DNA of 64,000 nucleotides from the NCBI GenBank assembly GCA_963767005.1, contig CAVYCN010000004.1:64001-128000 (forward strand), given 5' to 3'. A program made the position numbers and the translations under genes. This DNA is from an uncultured Actinomycetes bacterium. Its GTDB lineage: Bacteria > Actinomycetota > Thermoleophilia > UBA2241. A model generated the notes under the pieces. It searched no databases, was not told the DNA's origin, and saw nothing but the letters and a program-made list of their open reading frames with translations. Shown here piece by piece: positions 1 to 9,831 of the stretch. Position 1 is the first letter of the stretch, and every line of letters begins with the position of its first letter.

Positions 1-2
1 GC

Positions 3-629
3 GAGCAGTGCCAGCTGCCGCTCGAAGAACAGGCCCGGCTGCGCAGCCGTACCGGCACGCCGATCGCCCTCGTGGCCCTGAAGGTCGTCGACCCGCAAGG
101 CACCGAGGTGGCCCGTGACGACCGTGCGACGGGCGAGATCGTGGCGCGCGCGCCCTGGCTCACGCAGGCCTACCACAAGGACCGCGCCAACTCCGAGAAG
201 CTCTGGGAGGGCGGCTGGCTGCACACCCAGGACATCGCTGCCTGGGACGGCCACGCCTCGGTGCGCATCACCGACCGCGCCAAGGACATCGTCAAGGTCG
301 GCGGCGAGTGGCTGTCGTCGCTCGAGATCGAGGACATCCTCATGGCCCACGAGGCCGTGGCCGACACCGCGGTGATCGGCCGGCCCGACGAGCGCTGGAC
401 CGAGGTGCCGCTCGCCCTCGTCGTACCCAAGCCGGGGCACGAGCTGACCGAGGCCGACCTGCACGCCCACATCAAGAGCTACATCAAGGCCGGCGTGCTG
501 CCGCGTGAGGCTGTGCTCACCGCCGTGCAGCTCGTGCCCGAGATCGTGCGCAACGGCCTGGGCAAGATCAACAAGGTGGCCATGCGCGAGCGCTATCTCG
601 AGGCGCCCGCTCCCACACCGGCGTCCTGA
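3..629 (+). CDS. AMP-binding fatty acid/acyl-CoA ligase, C-terminal part (5' end outside window)
   Basis: Frame open from position 3; ANL-family motifs GWLHTQD, ITDRAKDIVKVGGEWLSSLEIE, GRPDERWTEVP and the catalytic GKINK. Confidence 0.85.
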   Translation, partial: EQCQLPLEEQARLRSRTGTPIALVALKVVDPQGTEVARDDRATGEIVARAPWLTQAYHKDRANSEKLWEGGWLHTQDIAAWDGHASVRITDRAKDIVKVGGEWLSSLEIEDILMAHEAVADTAVIGRPDERWTEVPLALVVPKPGHELTEADLHAHIKSYIKAGVLPREAVLTAVQLVPEIVRNGLGKINKVAMRERYLEAPAPTPAS

Positions 630-632
630 CCG

Positions 633-676
633 TCGGGGCGACGGGCGGCGGGCATGGCCGCCGCCCGTCGCCCCGA
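633..676. terminator. GC-rich hairpin, probable bidirectional terminator
   Basis: tcggggcgacgggcggcgg-gcatgg-ccgccgcccgtcgccccga: 19-bp perfect stem just after the stop at 629, between convergent genes. Confidence 0.6.
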
Positions 677-740
677 GACCCGTCGTCCTCGAGCACCCCG
701 GACCTTCACCCGGCGGCGAACTCGCCGCCCGCGAAGATCA

Positions 741-812
741 TCAGGTCGCGACGAGCGCGACCAGCGTCAGGACGAAGGCGACGAGTGCGGCGATGCGCAG
801 GCCCCATCTCAT
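741..812 (-). CDS. Putative 23-aa membrane peptide (MRWGLRIAALVAFVLTLVALVAT)
   Basis: ATG at 812 preceded by AAAAGGGGGGAG; single hydrophobic helix with basic N-terminus; GC-rich third codon positions; below the ORF track size cutoff. Confidence 0.35.
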   Translation of the reverse strand: MRWGLRIAALVAFVLTLVALVAT

Positions 813-890
813 GGCTCCCCCCTTTTGGCGTCCTGCTCCTGGCAGGACGCTGATACCGCGCGGGAGATGGCGCCAGTCGCGTTTTCGGTC

Positions 891-2138
891 TCAGGTCCCG
901 GCGTGCCCCTCGAGCTCGTTGGCGAGCAGCTCGACGAACAGGCCGACGTCGGTGACGACGCCGATCGTCTGGAAGCTGCCGCGATCGGCAAGCTTGGTGA
1001 CCACGGCCGGGTTGATGTCGACACATACGGTGTGGACCGCGGCCGGCAGCAGGTTGCCCGTGGCGATCGAGTGCAGCATGGTCGAGAGCATCAGGCAGGC
1101 GCCCGCACGCTGCGCGTAGGCGCGCATGGCGCGCTGCGCCTCCATGACGTCGGTGATCACTTCGGGCAGCGGCCCGTCGTCGCGGATCGAGCCGGCCAGC
1201 ACGAACGGCGTGCCGCTCGTGACGAGGGCGTGCATGAGGCCCGACGTCAGCACGCCCTGCTCGACGGCGGCCGCCAGGCCGCCGCAGCGCCGCACGGTGT
1301 TGATGGCGCGCAGGTGGTGCTCGTGGCCGCCGGGCACCGGCATGCCCGTCTTCATGTCGATGCCGAGGGAGGTGCCGTAGAGCGCCGACTCGACGTCGTG
1401 GGTGGCGACCGCGTTGCCGCCGAACAGGGCGCCGACATAGCCCGACCTGATCAGGCGGGCGAGCTGCGCGGCCGAGCCGGTGTGCACCACGGCGGGGCCG
1501 ACCACGGCGATTGTGAGCCGGCCCTCGTCGCGCACCCGGCGCAGCAGGCGGGCGACCTCGTGCACGATCTGCGCCTTGGGCTTCTCGCTCGACACGGCCG
1601 AAGCCATGAACTCGAAGGGTTGGCTCTCGCGCGGGCGCTCGAGCGGCAGGACGCGGATGCCGTGATGGCCGACGACCAGAAGGTCGCCGCGCGCCACGTC
1701 GCTCAGCGGCACCGTCTCGACGCGCGGCGCGCCGGCGGCGGCCGCGGAGAGCACGCGCACGCCGCAGTCCATCTCGGGCCGGTCGACGCGCACCCACTCG
1801 CCGTCGAGACGCACGAACGTCTCGAGGTTCGTGGTCGAGTAGAAGCCCTCGGGGAAGACGCCGTCGGCGGGCGCCGGCGCGAGCACGGCGTTCTCGGGGG
1901 AGACGGCCACGGCGCCGTGCTCCTGCACCGCCGTGAGGATCTCCTCGAGGTGCGCGCGATCGCGCCCGTAGATGCGAAAGACGGCGGTCGAGATGTCGGT
2001 CTTCGTGCGGCCCACGTCGAACGACAGGATCTCGAACTCGCCTTCGAGGTCCATGACGTCGTCCATGAGCTGGGGCACCATGAGCGAGTCGATCAGGTGG
2101 CCCTCGATACGGACGTCTTCGTAGGGTCGCTCAGCCAT
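891..2138 (-). CDS. TIGR00300-family protein (LOR/SDH-like, related to the ornithine cyclodeaminase domain of ArgZ/AgrE)
   Basis: Motifs EGHLIDS, PADGVFPEGFYSTTN, FEFMASAVSSEKP, GNAVATHDVE, LAGSIRDDGPLP, MLHSIATGN, VDINPAVVTKLADRGS; start trimmed to ATG 2138. Confidence 0.85.
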   Translation of the reverse strand: MAERPYEDVRIEGHLIDSLMVPQLMDDVMDLEGEFEILSFDVGRTKTDISTAVFRIYGRDRAHLEEILTAVQEHGAVAVSPENAVLAPAPADGVFPEGFYSTTNLETFVRLDGEWVRVDRPEMDCGVRVLSAAAAGAPRVETVPLSDVARGDLLVVGHHGIRVLPLERPRESQPFEFMASAVSSEKPKAQIVHEVARLLRRVRDEGRLTIAVVGPAVVHTGSAAQLARLIRSGYVGALFGGNAVATHDVESALYGTSLGIDMKTGMPVPGGHEHHLRAINTVRRCGGLAAAVEQGVLTSGLMHALVTSGTPFVLAGSIRDDGPLPEVITDVMEAQRAMRAYAQRAGACLMLSTMLHSIATGNLLPAAVHTVCVDINPAVVTKLADRGSFQTIGVVTDVGLFVELLANELEGHAGT

Positions 2139-2142
2139 CGTG

Positions 2143-3159
2143 TCAGGGATTATCTCCGAAATCGGGAGGCGGCGCCTGGCGGGGCTCGTCGCCGGGCATC
2201 CTGCCCTCTCCGCCGTCAATCGCGACGAGCGCCTCGACCGGCGCCTCGTGGCGGCCGCCGGCCGCCGGCAGCAGCTCGATGATGAGCGTCCCGCCAAAGA
2301 TCAGCGAGGCGCCGCTGATGAGGCGCACGGTGACGGCGTCCATGCCGAAGATCACCCCCGACACGGCGGCGAATACGCTCTCGAAGCAGAGCAGCACGGC
2401 GGCGTGCGTCGCCGTCGTGTACTGCTGCGCCCACGACTGGATGAAGAACGCGTAGATCGTGCCGGACAGCGCCGTCCAGACGATCTCGAGCCAGGCCTGC
2501 CAGCCAAGCGCCAGCGTGAGATGGGCGACGAAGGGCGTGACGGCCGCGAGCAGCACCGTCGAGACCGCCATCTGCGTGACGGCCAGGGTCGAGGGCGGCA
2601 CCTTGGGGGCAAAGAAGCCGGTCGTCATGATGTGCAGGGCGTAGAGCAGCGCCCCGAGCAGCGTCAGGGCGTCGCCCCAGCTCAGCGTGAGGTTGCCGCG
2701 CAGCGACAGGATGCCGAGGCCGGCGGTCGCCACGACAGCGCCGAGCGCCTGGAACCAGCCCGGCGAGCGGCGCGCCACGGCCCAGTACAGGAACGGCACC
2801 ATGGCCACGCTCAAACCGGTGATGAAGCCCGACTTGCCCGGCGTCGTGTACTGCAAGCCGATCGTCTGCACGACGAGCGCCGTCAGGTAGAAGGCGGCGA
2901 GCAGGCCGCCCATGCCCCACTGCCGGCGCGTGGCGCGCAGCAGCGCGCGCGGCTGGGCGGCCGAGAAGATCACGGTGGCGACGACGTAGCGGAAGAACAG
3001 GTAGAGCAAGGTCGCCGCCACCACGCCCTGGCCCCAGGAGCTCACGGTGTGGGTGAGGCGCTCTGTCACGTTCTTGATGACGACGAAGTTGAAGCCCCAG
3101 AAGACGGCGACCGAGAACAGCGCGAGGTCGGCGACGAGGACTTTGCGGCGCGGGTTCAC
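2143..3159 (-). CDS. EamA/DMT family transporter
   Basis: About 10 TM helices; FWGFNFVVIK, QTIGLQYTTPGKSGFITGL, WAQQYTTATHAA. Confidence 0.9.
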   Translation of the reverse strand: MNPRRKVLVADLALFSVAVFWGFNFVVIKNVTERLTHTVSSWGQGVVAATLLYLFFRYVVATVIFSAAQPRALLRATRRQWGMGGLLAAFYLTALVVQTIGLQYTTPGKSGFITGLSVAMVPFLYWAVARRSPGWFQALGAVVATAGLGILSLRGNLTLSWGDALTLLGALLYALHIMTTGFFAPKVPPSTLAVTQMAVSTVLLAAVTPFVAHLTLALGWQAWLEIVWTALSGTIYAFFIQSWAQQYTTATHAAVLLCFESVFAAVSGVIFGMDAVTVRLISGASLIFGGTLIIELLPAAGGRHEAPVEALVAIDGGEGRMPGDEPRQAPPPDFGDNP

Positions 3160-3285
3160 CGCCTCATCCTCTCACCGGCCCGCGAGGCGGTCGAGCCGGG
3201 TGCCGGCGCGAGCAGGCTGCCCCGAGGGCCGGGCGTGCCGGCGGCACCGGCGCGCGGCGCGCGCCGATGCCCCCGCGAGCCCGCC

Positions 3286-4074
3286 TCAGGCCGTGAACCC
3301 GCCGTCGACCGTCCAGGCGCGCCCCGTGACGAAGCTCGCCTCGTCGCTTGCCAGGAAGGCGACGACGGCGGCGAGCTCGGCTGGCCGGCCGACCCGCCCG
3401 AGCGGGTAGTCGTGACCCTGCCACGACGCGTAGGCCTCGGGATCGGGGGCGTCGGCGATCGCCTTGTCCAGCATGGGCGTGTCGAAGATCGCCGGCGCGA
3501 CGCTGCAGACCCGCAACCCATCGGGGCCGTGGTCGATCGCGAGGCTGCGGGTGAGCATGATGACGCCGGCCTTCGAGGCGGCATAGGCGGCCGCCCCCGG
3601 CTCACCGTGGATGCCGGAGTCGCTCGCGATGTTGACGATCACGCCGGCGCGGCGCGGCACCATGTGCCGCACCGCCTCGCGGCACAGGAAGAACGTGCCC
3701 TTGAGATTGATGTCCATGAGCTCGTCGTAGTCGGCCTCGCTCCAGTTCGCGATGGGTTTCTCAGCCCAGATGCCGGCCGAGTTCACGAGAACGTCGATGT
3801 GACCGTGCTGCGCGACCGCGTCGGCGAACAGACGCTCGCAGTCGGCGACCTTGGCGACGTCGCCCAGCACGGTCGAGAAGACGGCCGCCTCGAAGCCGGC
3901 CTCGCCGGCGAGCTCGGCGGCGCGCCGGGCGACGTCGTCGCAGCGCCCCTCGTCGCGACCGCCGACCGCGACCGACACGCCCTCCAGCGCAAAGCGCGAC
4001 ACGATCGCCTCGCCGAGCCCCGACGAGCCGCCGGTGACGAGCGCCGTCCTGCCGGCCAGACCCTGCAGCATCAC
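3286..4074 (-). CDS. Short-chain dehydrogenase/reductase
   Basis: TGGSSGLG, LVNSAG, YAASK motifs. Confidence 0.92.
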   Translation of the reverse strand: MMLQGLAGRTALVTGGSSGLGEAIVSRFALEGVSVAVGGRDEGRCDDVARRAAELAGEAGFEAAVFSTVLGDVAKVADCERLFADAVAQHGHIDVLVNSAGIWAEKPIANWSEADYDELMDINLKGTFFLCREAVRHMVPRRAGVIVNIASDSGIHGEPGAAAYAASKAGVIMLTRSLAIDHGPDGLRVCSVAPAIFDTPMLDKAIADAPDPEAYASWQGHDYPLGRVGRPAELAAVVAFLASDEASFVTGRAWTVDGGFTA

Positions 4075-4129
4075 GTCCTCCTCACGGTCGCTTCGAACGC
4101 GGTGGGAGCATAGCGCGTCGCGGCGTCGC

Positions 4130-5548
4130 TCACGACGCGGCGCGCCCGCACCAGCGCAGCGCGGCGCAGGCCACGATCGCAGCCGTGTCGACGAGCTCGT
4201 CGACCGCCACGCACTCGTTCACCGCGTGCGCCGTGTACCGGTCGTGCGGTCCGAACGAGAAGGTCGGGACGCCGCCGTGCAGGGTGAACGTCGCGGCGTC
4301 GTGCCACGAGTTCAGGCCGCCCGGCCGCGACGGCCGGCCCAGCGCTGCCCCGGCGTCGAGCACGGTGGTCACGAGCGGATGGTCGGCGGGGATCTCAGCC
4401 GGCGGCACCTCCCACTCCCACTCCCAGGTGATCGGGTGCTCGGCGAGCCAGGGATCGGCTGCGGCCGCCGCGTCGATGCGGCCGCGCAGCTCGGCCTTGA
4501 CCGGCTCGGCACCGAGCTGCGGGTGCCAGTGGGCCGGCAGGTAGTGACAGTCGAGCGTCAGACGACAGAAGGCCGGATAGGTCACGTCCCAGGTGCCGCC
4601 CGACACGAGCACCGGCACGACGTCGCCGGGCGCAAGGTACGGGTGGCGCTGGTCGGCGCGCGAGCGCCACTCGTCGTTCAGGCGACGCACCTCGGCGAGC
4701 ACCGGCACGAGCTTGTCGATCGCGTTGACCGCGCCGCCGTCGCGCCAGTCGGGCTGCGGCTCCTGCGAGTGCCCGGCGCGGCCGGGGATGGTGAGCCGCG
4801 GCTTGAGGATGCCGCGACAGGCCACCCAGGCCTCGAAGCCGGTGGGCTCGGCGCAGATGCCGGCGTCGGGCTGCAGGCCGCGTGCGGCGAAGCGGCGCAC
4901 GACCGACCAGCTCCCCATACCCGACGACTCCTCGTCGGTCACCGCGGCGAAGACGACCTCGCCGGCGAGCGCGACGCCGGCGTCGCGCAGCGCCTCGAGC
5001 GCGACCACAAGGGCGGCCAGGCCGCCCTTCATGTCGTTGACGCCGCGGCCGAACAGCAGGCCGTCGCGCTCGACCGCCACGAACGGGTCGGTCGTCCACT
5101 GCTCGCGCGGCTCCACGTCGACCGCGTCGATGTGCCCGGTCAGCAGCAGGCCGCGGCCGGGGCGGCCGCTCGGGTCGCCCGCAAAGCGGGCGACCAGCTG
5201 CGGCCGCCCCGCGAACTCGAGGCCGGGCGGCACGAAGAGACCGCCCGCGCCGGTCGGCTCCGGCTCCCACAGGTCGATGTCCGCGCCCAGGGCGGCGAGG
5301 CGCGCCGCGAGCAGCTCCTGCAGCTTCGCCTCGTCGCGCGGCGGCGTGCCGGCGTCGCGCGCCGTGGTGTCGCAGGCGACGAGCGCGGCGGTGAGGGCGA
5401 CGAGGTCGTCGCGGCGGGCGCGGACGGCGGCCGCCACGCGCGTTTCGAGCGCTGCCGCCGGCGATCCGTCGCCGCCGGCGCCGGTCGCGCCCTCGCGCCC
5501 AGGCGCGCCGTCGCGGCCTGACGCGCCGCCCCGGCCCTGCGCACTCAT
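4130..5548 (-). CDS. M20 family ArgE/DapE-like amidohydrolase (paralog 2)
   Basis: GHIDAV, GRGVNDMKGG, DEE, AEPT, AHAVNE; ATG 5548 overlaps the upstream stop (ATGA). Confidence 0.88.
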   Translation of the reverse strand: MSAQGRGGASGRDGAPGREGATGAGGDGSPAAALETRVAAAVRARRDDLVALTAALVACDTTARDAGTPPRDEAKLQELLAARLAALGADIDLWEPEPTGAGGLFVPPGLEFAGRPQLVARFAGDPSGRPGRGLLLTGHIDAVDVEPREQWTTDPFVAVERDGLLFGRGVNDMKGGLAALVVALEALRDAGVALAGEVVFAAVTDEESSGMGSWSVVRRFAARGLQPDAGICAEPTGFEAWVACRGILKPRLTIPGRAGHSQEPQPDWRDGGAVNAIDKLVPVLAEVRRLNDEWRSRADQRHPYLAPGDVVPVLVSGGTWDVTYPAFCRLTLDCHYLPAHWHPQLGAEPVKAELRGRIDAAAAADPWLAEHPITWEWEWEVPPAEIPADHPLVTTVLDAGAALGRPSRPGGLNSWHDAATFTLHGGVPTFSFGPHDRYTAHAVNECVAVDELVDTAAIVACAALRWCGRAAS

Positions 5549-6858
5549 CGCGCCACCCCGCACCAGCGCATGGCCGTCACGGCGGCGGCGGCGCAGAAGT
5601 CGACGAGGGCGTCGATCGTCACGCACTCGTCGACCGCGTGGGCCGTGCCGATCCCGTCGGGGCCGAATGAGAAGCAGGGCGTGCCGGCCAGCGTGAAGCT
5701 GGCCGCGTCGTGCCACGAATCGAGGCCGGCGACGCGCCCCTCGCGACCCAGGCCGCGCGCCACTCCGAGCACGGTCTCGACGAGCGGATGGTCGCCCGGG
5801 ATCTCGGCCGGCACCACGTCCTCGCTCCACTCGAAACGCAGCGGGTGCTCGGCAAACCAGGGATCGGCGGCGACGGCCGCCCCCAGACGACGGGTGATCT
5901 CGTCCTCGACGCCGCTTCCCGTGCCCTGCGCGTCGACGTGCCCGGGCAGGTATGTGACGTCGCAAGTGAGCGCGCAGGCGTGCGGATAGGTGACCACCCA
6001 GGTGCCGCCGCCGATCACGACCGGGACGATGTCGCCCGGCGCGAGCAGCGGGTGGCGGTGGTCGGCGCGCGAGCGCCAGTCGTCGCGCAGGCCACGTATG
6101 CCGTCGAACACGAGCGCCATCTTCTCGATCGCGTTCACCGCGCCGCCGTCGCGCCAGTGCGGCTGCGGCATCTCGGCGTGACCGGCGCGGCCCTCGACCG
6201 TGATGGTGGGCGTGACCGTGCCGCGGCAGGCGACCCAGGCGTCGAAGTCAGTCGCCTCGGCGCACAGGCCGGCGTCGGCGGCCACGCCGTGGGCGACGGC
6301 CGCACGCCCGCCGGCGCCGCTCGACTCCTCGTCGGTCACGGTGCAGAAGACGACGTCGCCGGCCAGGCTCACCTGCGCCCGCCGCAGGCTCTCGAGAGCC
6401 ACGACCAGGGCGGCGATGCCGCCCTTCATGTCGTTGACGCCGCGGCCGTACAGGCGGCCGCCGCGCTCCGTCGCCACGAACGGGTCGCTCGACCACTGCT
6501 CGCGCGGCTCGACGTCGACGGCATCGATGTGGCCGTTCAGCAGCAGGCTGCGGCCGCCGCCGCGACCGGGTAAACGCGCGGCGAGCTGCGGGCGCCCGAC
6601 GAAGTCGAGGTCGTCGGGCACGAAGCGATCGCCCCTCCCGGTCGCCGCGGGCTCCCACAGGTCGGTCGCGGCGCCCAGGGCGGCGAGCCGCGCCGCCAGC
6701 ACCCCCTGCAGGGCGGCCTCGTCGCGAGCCGGTTCGCCGGGCAATCGCGCCGTCGTGTCGAAGGCGACGAGCTGTGCGACGAGGTCGCACAGCTCGTCGC
6801 GCCGCCCCCGCACCTCCGCGATGACCTGTTCTTCGAGCTCGCTGCTCCCCGCGTCCAC
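5545..6858 (-). CDS. M20 family ArgE/DapE-like amidohydrolase (paralog 1)
   Basis: NGHIDAV, GRGVNDMKGG, DEE, AHAVDE; start trimmed to GTG 6858 after GAGG. Confidence 0.88.
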   Translation of the reverse strand: MDAGSSELEEQVIAEVRGRRDELCDLVAQLVAFDTTARLPGEPARDEAALQGVLAARLAALGAATDLWEPAATGRGDRFVPDDLDFVGRPQLAARLPGRGGGRSLLLNGHIDAVDVEPREQWSSDPFVATERGGRLYGRGVNDMKGGIAALVVALESLRRAQVSLAGDVVFCTVTDEESSGAGGRAAVAHGVAADAGLCAEATDFDAWVACRGTVTPTITVEGRAGHAEMPQPHWRDGGAVNAIEKMALVFDGIRGLRDDWRSRADHRHPLLAPGDIVPVVIGGGTWVVTYPHACALTCDVTYLPGHVDAQGTGSGVEDEITRRLGAAVAADPWFAEHPLRFEWSEDVVPAEIPGDHPLVETVLGVARGLGREGRVAGLDSWHDAASFTLAGTPCFSFGPDGIGTAHAVDECVTIDALVDFCAAAAVTAMRWCGVAR

Positions 6859-7062
6859 GATGCCTCGTTTCGCTCGTGAGCGGCGCGCGCCGGGCGCGTT
6901 CCTTTCCGCGCGACTGGCGCGCGCCGGTCGTTGCCGGCTGACCCGCAGACACGATTCTACGACGCGGCCGTCGCCACACGGGACGGCGTCCGCACCGTTG
7001 CGGCCCGGCGCGCCTGCGATAAGCTTGCCCCACCAGGCTCCCATGCCTCGAGGAGGTCGCCG

Positions 7063-7464
7063 ATGTCCGCCGACGAGCGGTCCAAGAGAATCCGCGTGAT
7101 CAGGCCCGCCGACGTGCGCTGGGAAGAGGCCATGGTGGGGCCCGAAGAGAAGGACCCGCCCGGCCGGGAGTGCGTCGCGGCGCAGTCCGGCGACGAGCGC
7201 TTCAGCTGCGGCCTGTGGCAGCGCGACGTGCAGGGCCGCTACTTCGAGCGCCCGTACCACGAGATCGCCTACATCCTCGAGGGCGAGGTCGAGGTGACCG
7301 ACGACGACGGCAACGTCGTCACGGCGCGCCCGGGCGACATCCTCATCACTCCCCAGGGCAGCAAGGGCTACTGGAAGAACCTGGGACCCGTGAAGAAGTT
7401 CTGGACGATCTACGACGACCCGGCCGCCGACCTCGAGGCGTACCTGGGGCCCGGGGAGTTCTGA
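7063..7464 (+). CDS. Cupin domain protein (cupin_3/EutQ-like)
   Basis: SD GAGGAGG before ATG 7063; CGLW...EIAYILEGEVEV...PGDILITPQGSKGYW. Confidence 0.85.
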   Translation: MSADERSKRIRVIRPADVRWEEAMVGPEEKDPPGRECVAAQSGDERFSCGLWQRDVQGRYFERPYHEIAYILEGEVEVTDDDGNVVTARPGDILITPQGSKGYWKNLGPVKKFWTIYDDPAADLEAYLGPGEF

Positions 7465-7478
7465 GAGAGCGGGGCCCC

Positions 7479-8237
7479 GTGGCGTCTGAGGGCCCGCCCG
7501 TGAAGCCGCCGCTCGTGACGCCGGTCGGCCTGCCGCTGCCCGACGTCGCTCCCGCGCTGCCCGGCCGCACCGTCGTCCTGCGCCCGCCGCAGCCGGCCGA
7601 CGTGGGCGTGATCGGGCGGCTGGGCGTCGACCCGACGATCGAGCGCTTCTTCGGCGTCGAGGGGGTCGTGCGTCGCGGGCTCACGACGCACGAGGCGCGT
7701 GCCGCGCTCGCCCGCCTCACCGACCGCGAGAGCACGCAGGGCTGGGTGATCGAGCACCGGGAACGGCTCGTCGGCCTGGCGCGGCTCTTCGCGGTCGATC
7801 CCGACGAGCGTCACGCGCGGTACGCCATCACGCTGCTCTCGCGCGAGTGGCTCGGTCGCGGTCTCGGCACCGAGGCGACGCGGCTCGTGCTGACCTACGC
7901 CTTCGCCGTGCTCGGCCTGCACCGCGTCACCGCACGCGTGCTCGACTTCAACGCGCGGGCGCTCGCCTGCCTGCGGGCCTGCGGCTTCGTCGAGGAGGGC
8001 AGCGAGCGCGAGGCCGTGCCGTTCGAGGGGAGCTGGCACGACCTCGTCGTCATGGGGGTGCTCGATCGCGAGTTCGCCGCCTTCGCCGCGGCGCGGCCGG
8101 AGTGCGCCGTCCTGTCGCCGCTCTCCAGGGTGCTCCGCGCCGAGGTCTTTGCCGCCGCCGGCCGCCGCAAACCGGACCGCCGCGAGCCGGACCGCCGCGA
8201 GCCGGACCGCCGGCCGCAGCACGCGCCGCGCCCCTGA
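7479..8237 (+). CDS. GNAT N-acetyltransferase (RimJ/RimL-like)
   Basis: WLGRGLGTEA, LHRVTARVLDFNARA...GFVEEG..RE; start approximate. Confidence 0.8.
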   Translation: MASEGPPVKPPLVTPVGLPLPDVAPALPGRTVVLRPPQPADVGVIGRLGVDPTIERFFGVEGVVRRGLTTHEARAALARLTDRESTQGWVIEHRERLVGLARLFAVDPDERHARYAITLLSREWLGRGLGTEATRLVLTYAFAVLGLHRVTARVLDFNARALACLRACGFVEEGSEREAVPFEGSWHDLVVMGVLDREFAAFAAARPECAVLSPLSRVLRAEVFAAAGRRKPDRREPDRREPDRRPQHAPRP

Positions 8238-8292
8238 GGGGGCGAGGCGGTCGCGCCGCCGCGAGCCTCGGACCCGAAGCGGAGGCCGCGGC

Positions 8293-9831
8293 CTAGCCTC
8301 GCACCCTCACCTTGAAACGCCGCACGCCCACCCCGCCGTGGCGGTCGTAGACACGCACCGTCACGACGAAGACGCCGTCGCGGTGGAAGACGTGACCTAT
8401 CCGGAAGGCGCGCGACCGGACGGTGGGGCGACGGCTCTGCGTGCCGTCGCCCCACACGACCGTCGTCCGCCACGAATCGGCGCCGGGGTCTGTGAAGGCG
8501 ATCCGGCGCCTGAAGGCGATGCCGCGGCGGGCGACGCCACTGCGCTGCGCGGCGATGCGCGGCGGCACGTCGCGCACGGTCACGAGGAACCGGGCCGTGC
8601 CCGACGTGCCGCCGCTCACGCGCACCGTCACCGCGACCGCGTAGGTGCCGGCGACGGCGTAGCGGTGGGACAGGGCGAAGCCGTGGTCGGCCAGGGTCAG
8701 TGCCTGCGCGCCCGTCCCGTCGCCGTAGTCGACCGTAGCCGTCCAGGCGGCGTCGGCCGCGGTCTCGTCGACGAACGAGCCCGTGCGCGCGAAGGTCTGG
8801 CCCTCGCGCAGCGCGCCGTCGCCGCCCGCGTCGACGACGAGCGCCCCGGGCTCGAGGTAGCGGCTGTCGACGACCTCGAAGTCGCTGCCCTTGACCTGCG
8901 ACAGCTCGTGCAGGTCGTCGTCGCTCCAGCGGGGATCGGGGGCGCCGGACACGTACCAGTCCGAGCCGTTGTCGGCGACCATCATGCCGTAGGTCTTGAG
9001 GGCCTGCAGGATGACCTGCACATCGGGCGAGAAGCCTGAGATGTCGAAGTCCGCCTTGAGGCGTACACGCAGCCCCATGGGCGGCAGGTCGGGATCGGTC
9101 GAGTCGCTGGCGTAGTGGCGGGCGGGGTAGATGTAGGCGCGCTGCGTGCGGGCGACCGTGAAGCGCAGCGCGTGGTCGATCACCCCGTCTGTGACCGCTT
9201 CGTCGTAACGTACGAGGCCGGGCAGGATCGGCAGACCGGCGGCGTCGGCCGACGTCCAGCCGGCCGGGCGCAGGGCGTTCGTGCCGAGGTCGAACACCGC
9301 CCCAGAGCCCGCGTGCCAGCTGCCGTCGGCCTGCGGCCAGGCGTCGTAGAGCTCGTAGAGCATCTGGTGGTCCACGTCGAGCACCAGCACGTGACGGTCG
9401 CCGTCGCTCGACGCGCCGCCTTCGACGGGAGCGTCCGCAGGGATCGGATACGGACCCGGATCGCTCTCGTCGGCGTAGTCGAACGTCACCGGCACCTTCG
9501 CCTGCGTGCCCGACACGCAAACGTATGGGATGCCGTTGGGCGCCCCGTCCCAGACCGTGCCGAAGTCGGCGTGGAGGCCGGTGTCGAGGCCCATGCTGCC
9601 CAGGTAGGCGGCCGAGTCCGGGTCGACCGGCAGCGTGTCGACCGGCGTGTTCCAGGGGTTGTCGGTCGGGAACAGCGGGAACGGGATGGCCACGTTCGGG
9701 CCGAGCACGTCGGCGGCGACCGCGCGCGGCGCCCACGAGAGCAGGCCGGCGGTGAGCGGCACCACGGCGAGCAGCACGACGGCGAGCGTCGCCGCTCCGC
9801 CACTCGCGCGGGCCCCGCGCCACGCCCTCAC
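8293..9831 (-). CDS. Secreted protein with N-terminal domain of unknown function and C-terminal PKD/Ig-like domains
   Basis: Signal peptide ending AVAA; SDPGPYPIP, GDRH, LYELY, WTSADAAGLPI, HALRFT block; two PKD-like units (VDYGDGT...HRY, VVWGDGT...HVF). Confidence 0.75.
   Translation of the reverse strand: MRAWRGARASGGAATLAVVLLAVVPLTAGLLSWAPRAVAADVLGPNVAIPFPLFPTDNPWNTPVDTLPVDPDSAAYLGSMGLDTGLHADFGTVWDGAPNGIPYVCVSGTQAKVPVTFDYADESDPGPYPIPADAPVEGGASSDGDRHVLVLDVDHQMLYELYDAWPQADGSWHAGSGAVFDLGTNALRPAGWTSADAAGLPILPGLVRYDEAVTDGVIDHALRFTVARTQRAYIYPARHYASDSTDPDLPPMGLRVRLKADFDISGFSPDVQVILQALKTYGMMVADNGSDWYVSGAPDPRWSDDDLHELSQVKGSDFEVVDSRYLEPGALVVDAGGDGALREGQTFARTGSFVDETAADAAWTATVDYGDGTGAQALTLADHGFALSHRYAVAGTYAVAVTVRVSGGTSGTARFLVTVRDVPPRIAAQRSGVARRGIAFRRRIAFTDPGADSWRTTVVWGDGTQSRRPTVRSRAFRIGHVFHRDGVFVVTVRVYDRHGGVGVRRFKVRVRG

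Noticed and set aside
8172-8212. 15-bp tandem repeat (PDRRE) in the GNAT tail; similar 18-bp duplication near 39770-39810
   Set aside because: Simple slippage repeats in low-complexity GC sequence with no evidence of function.
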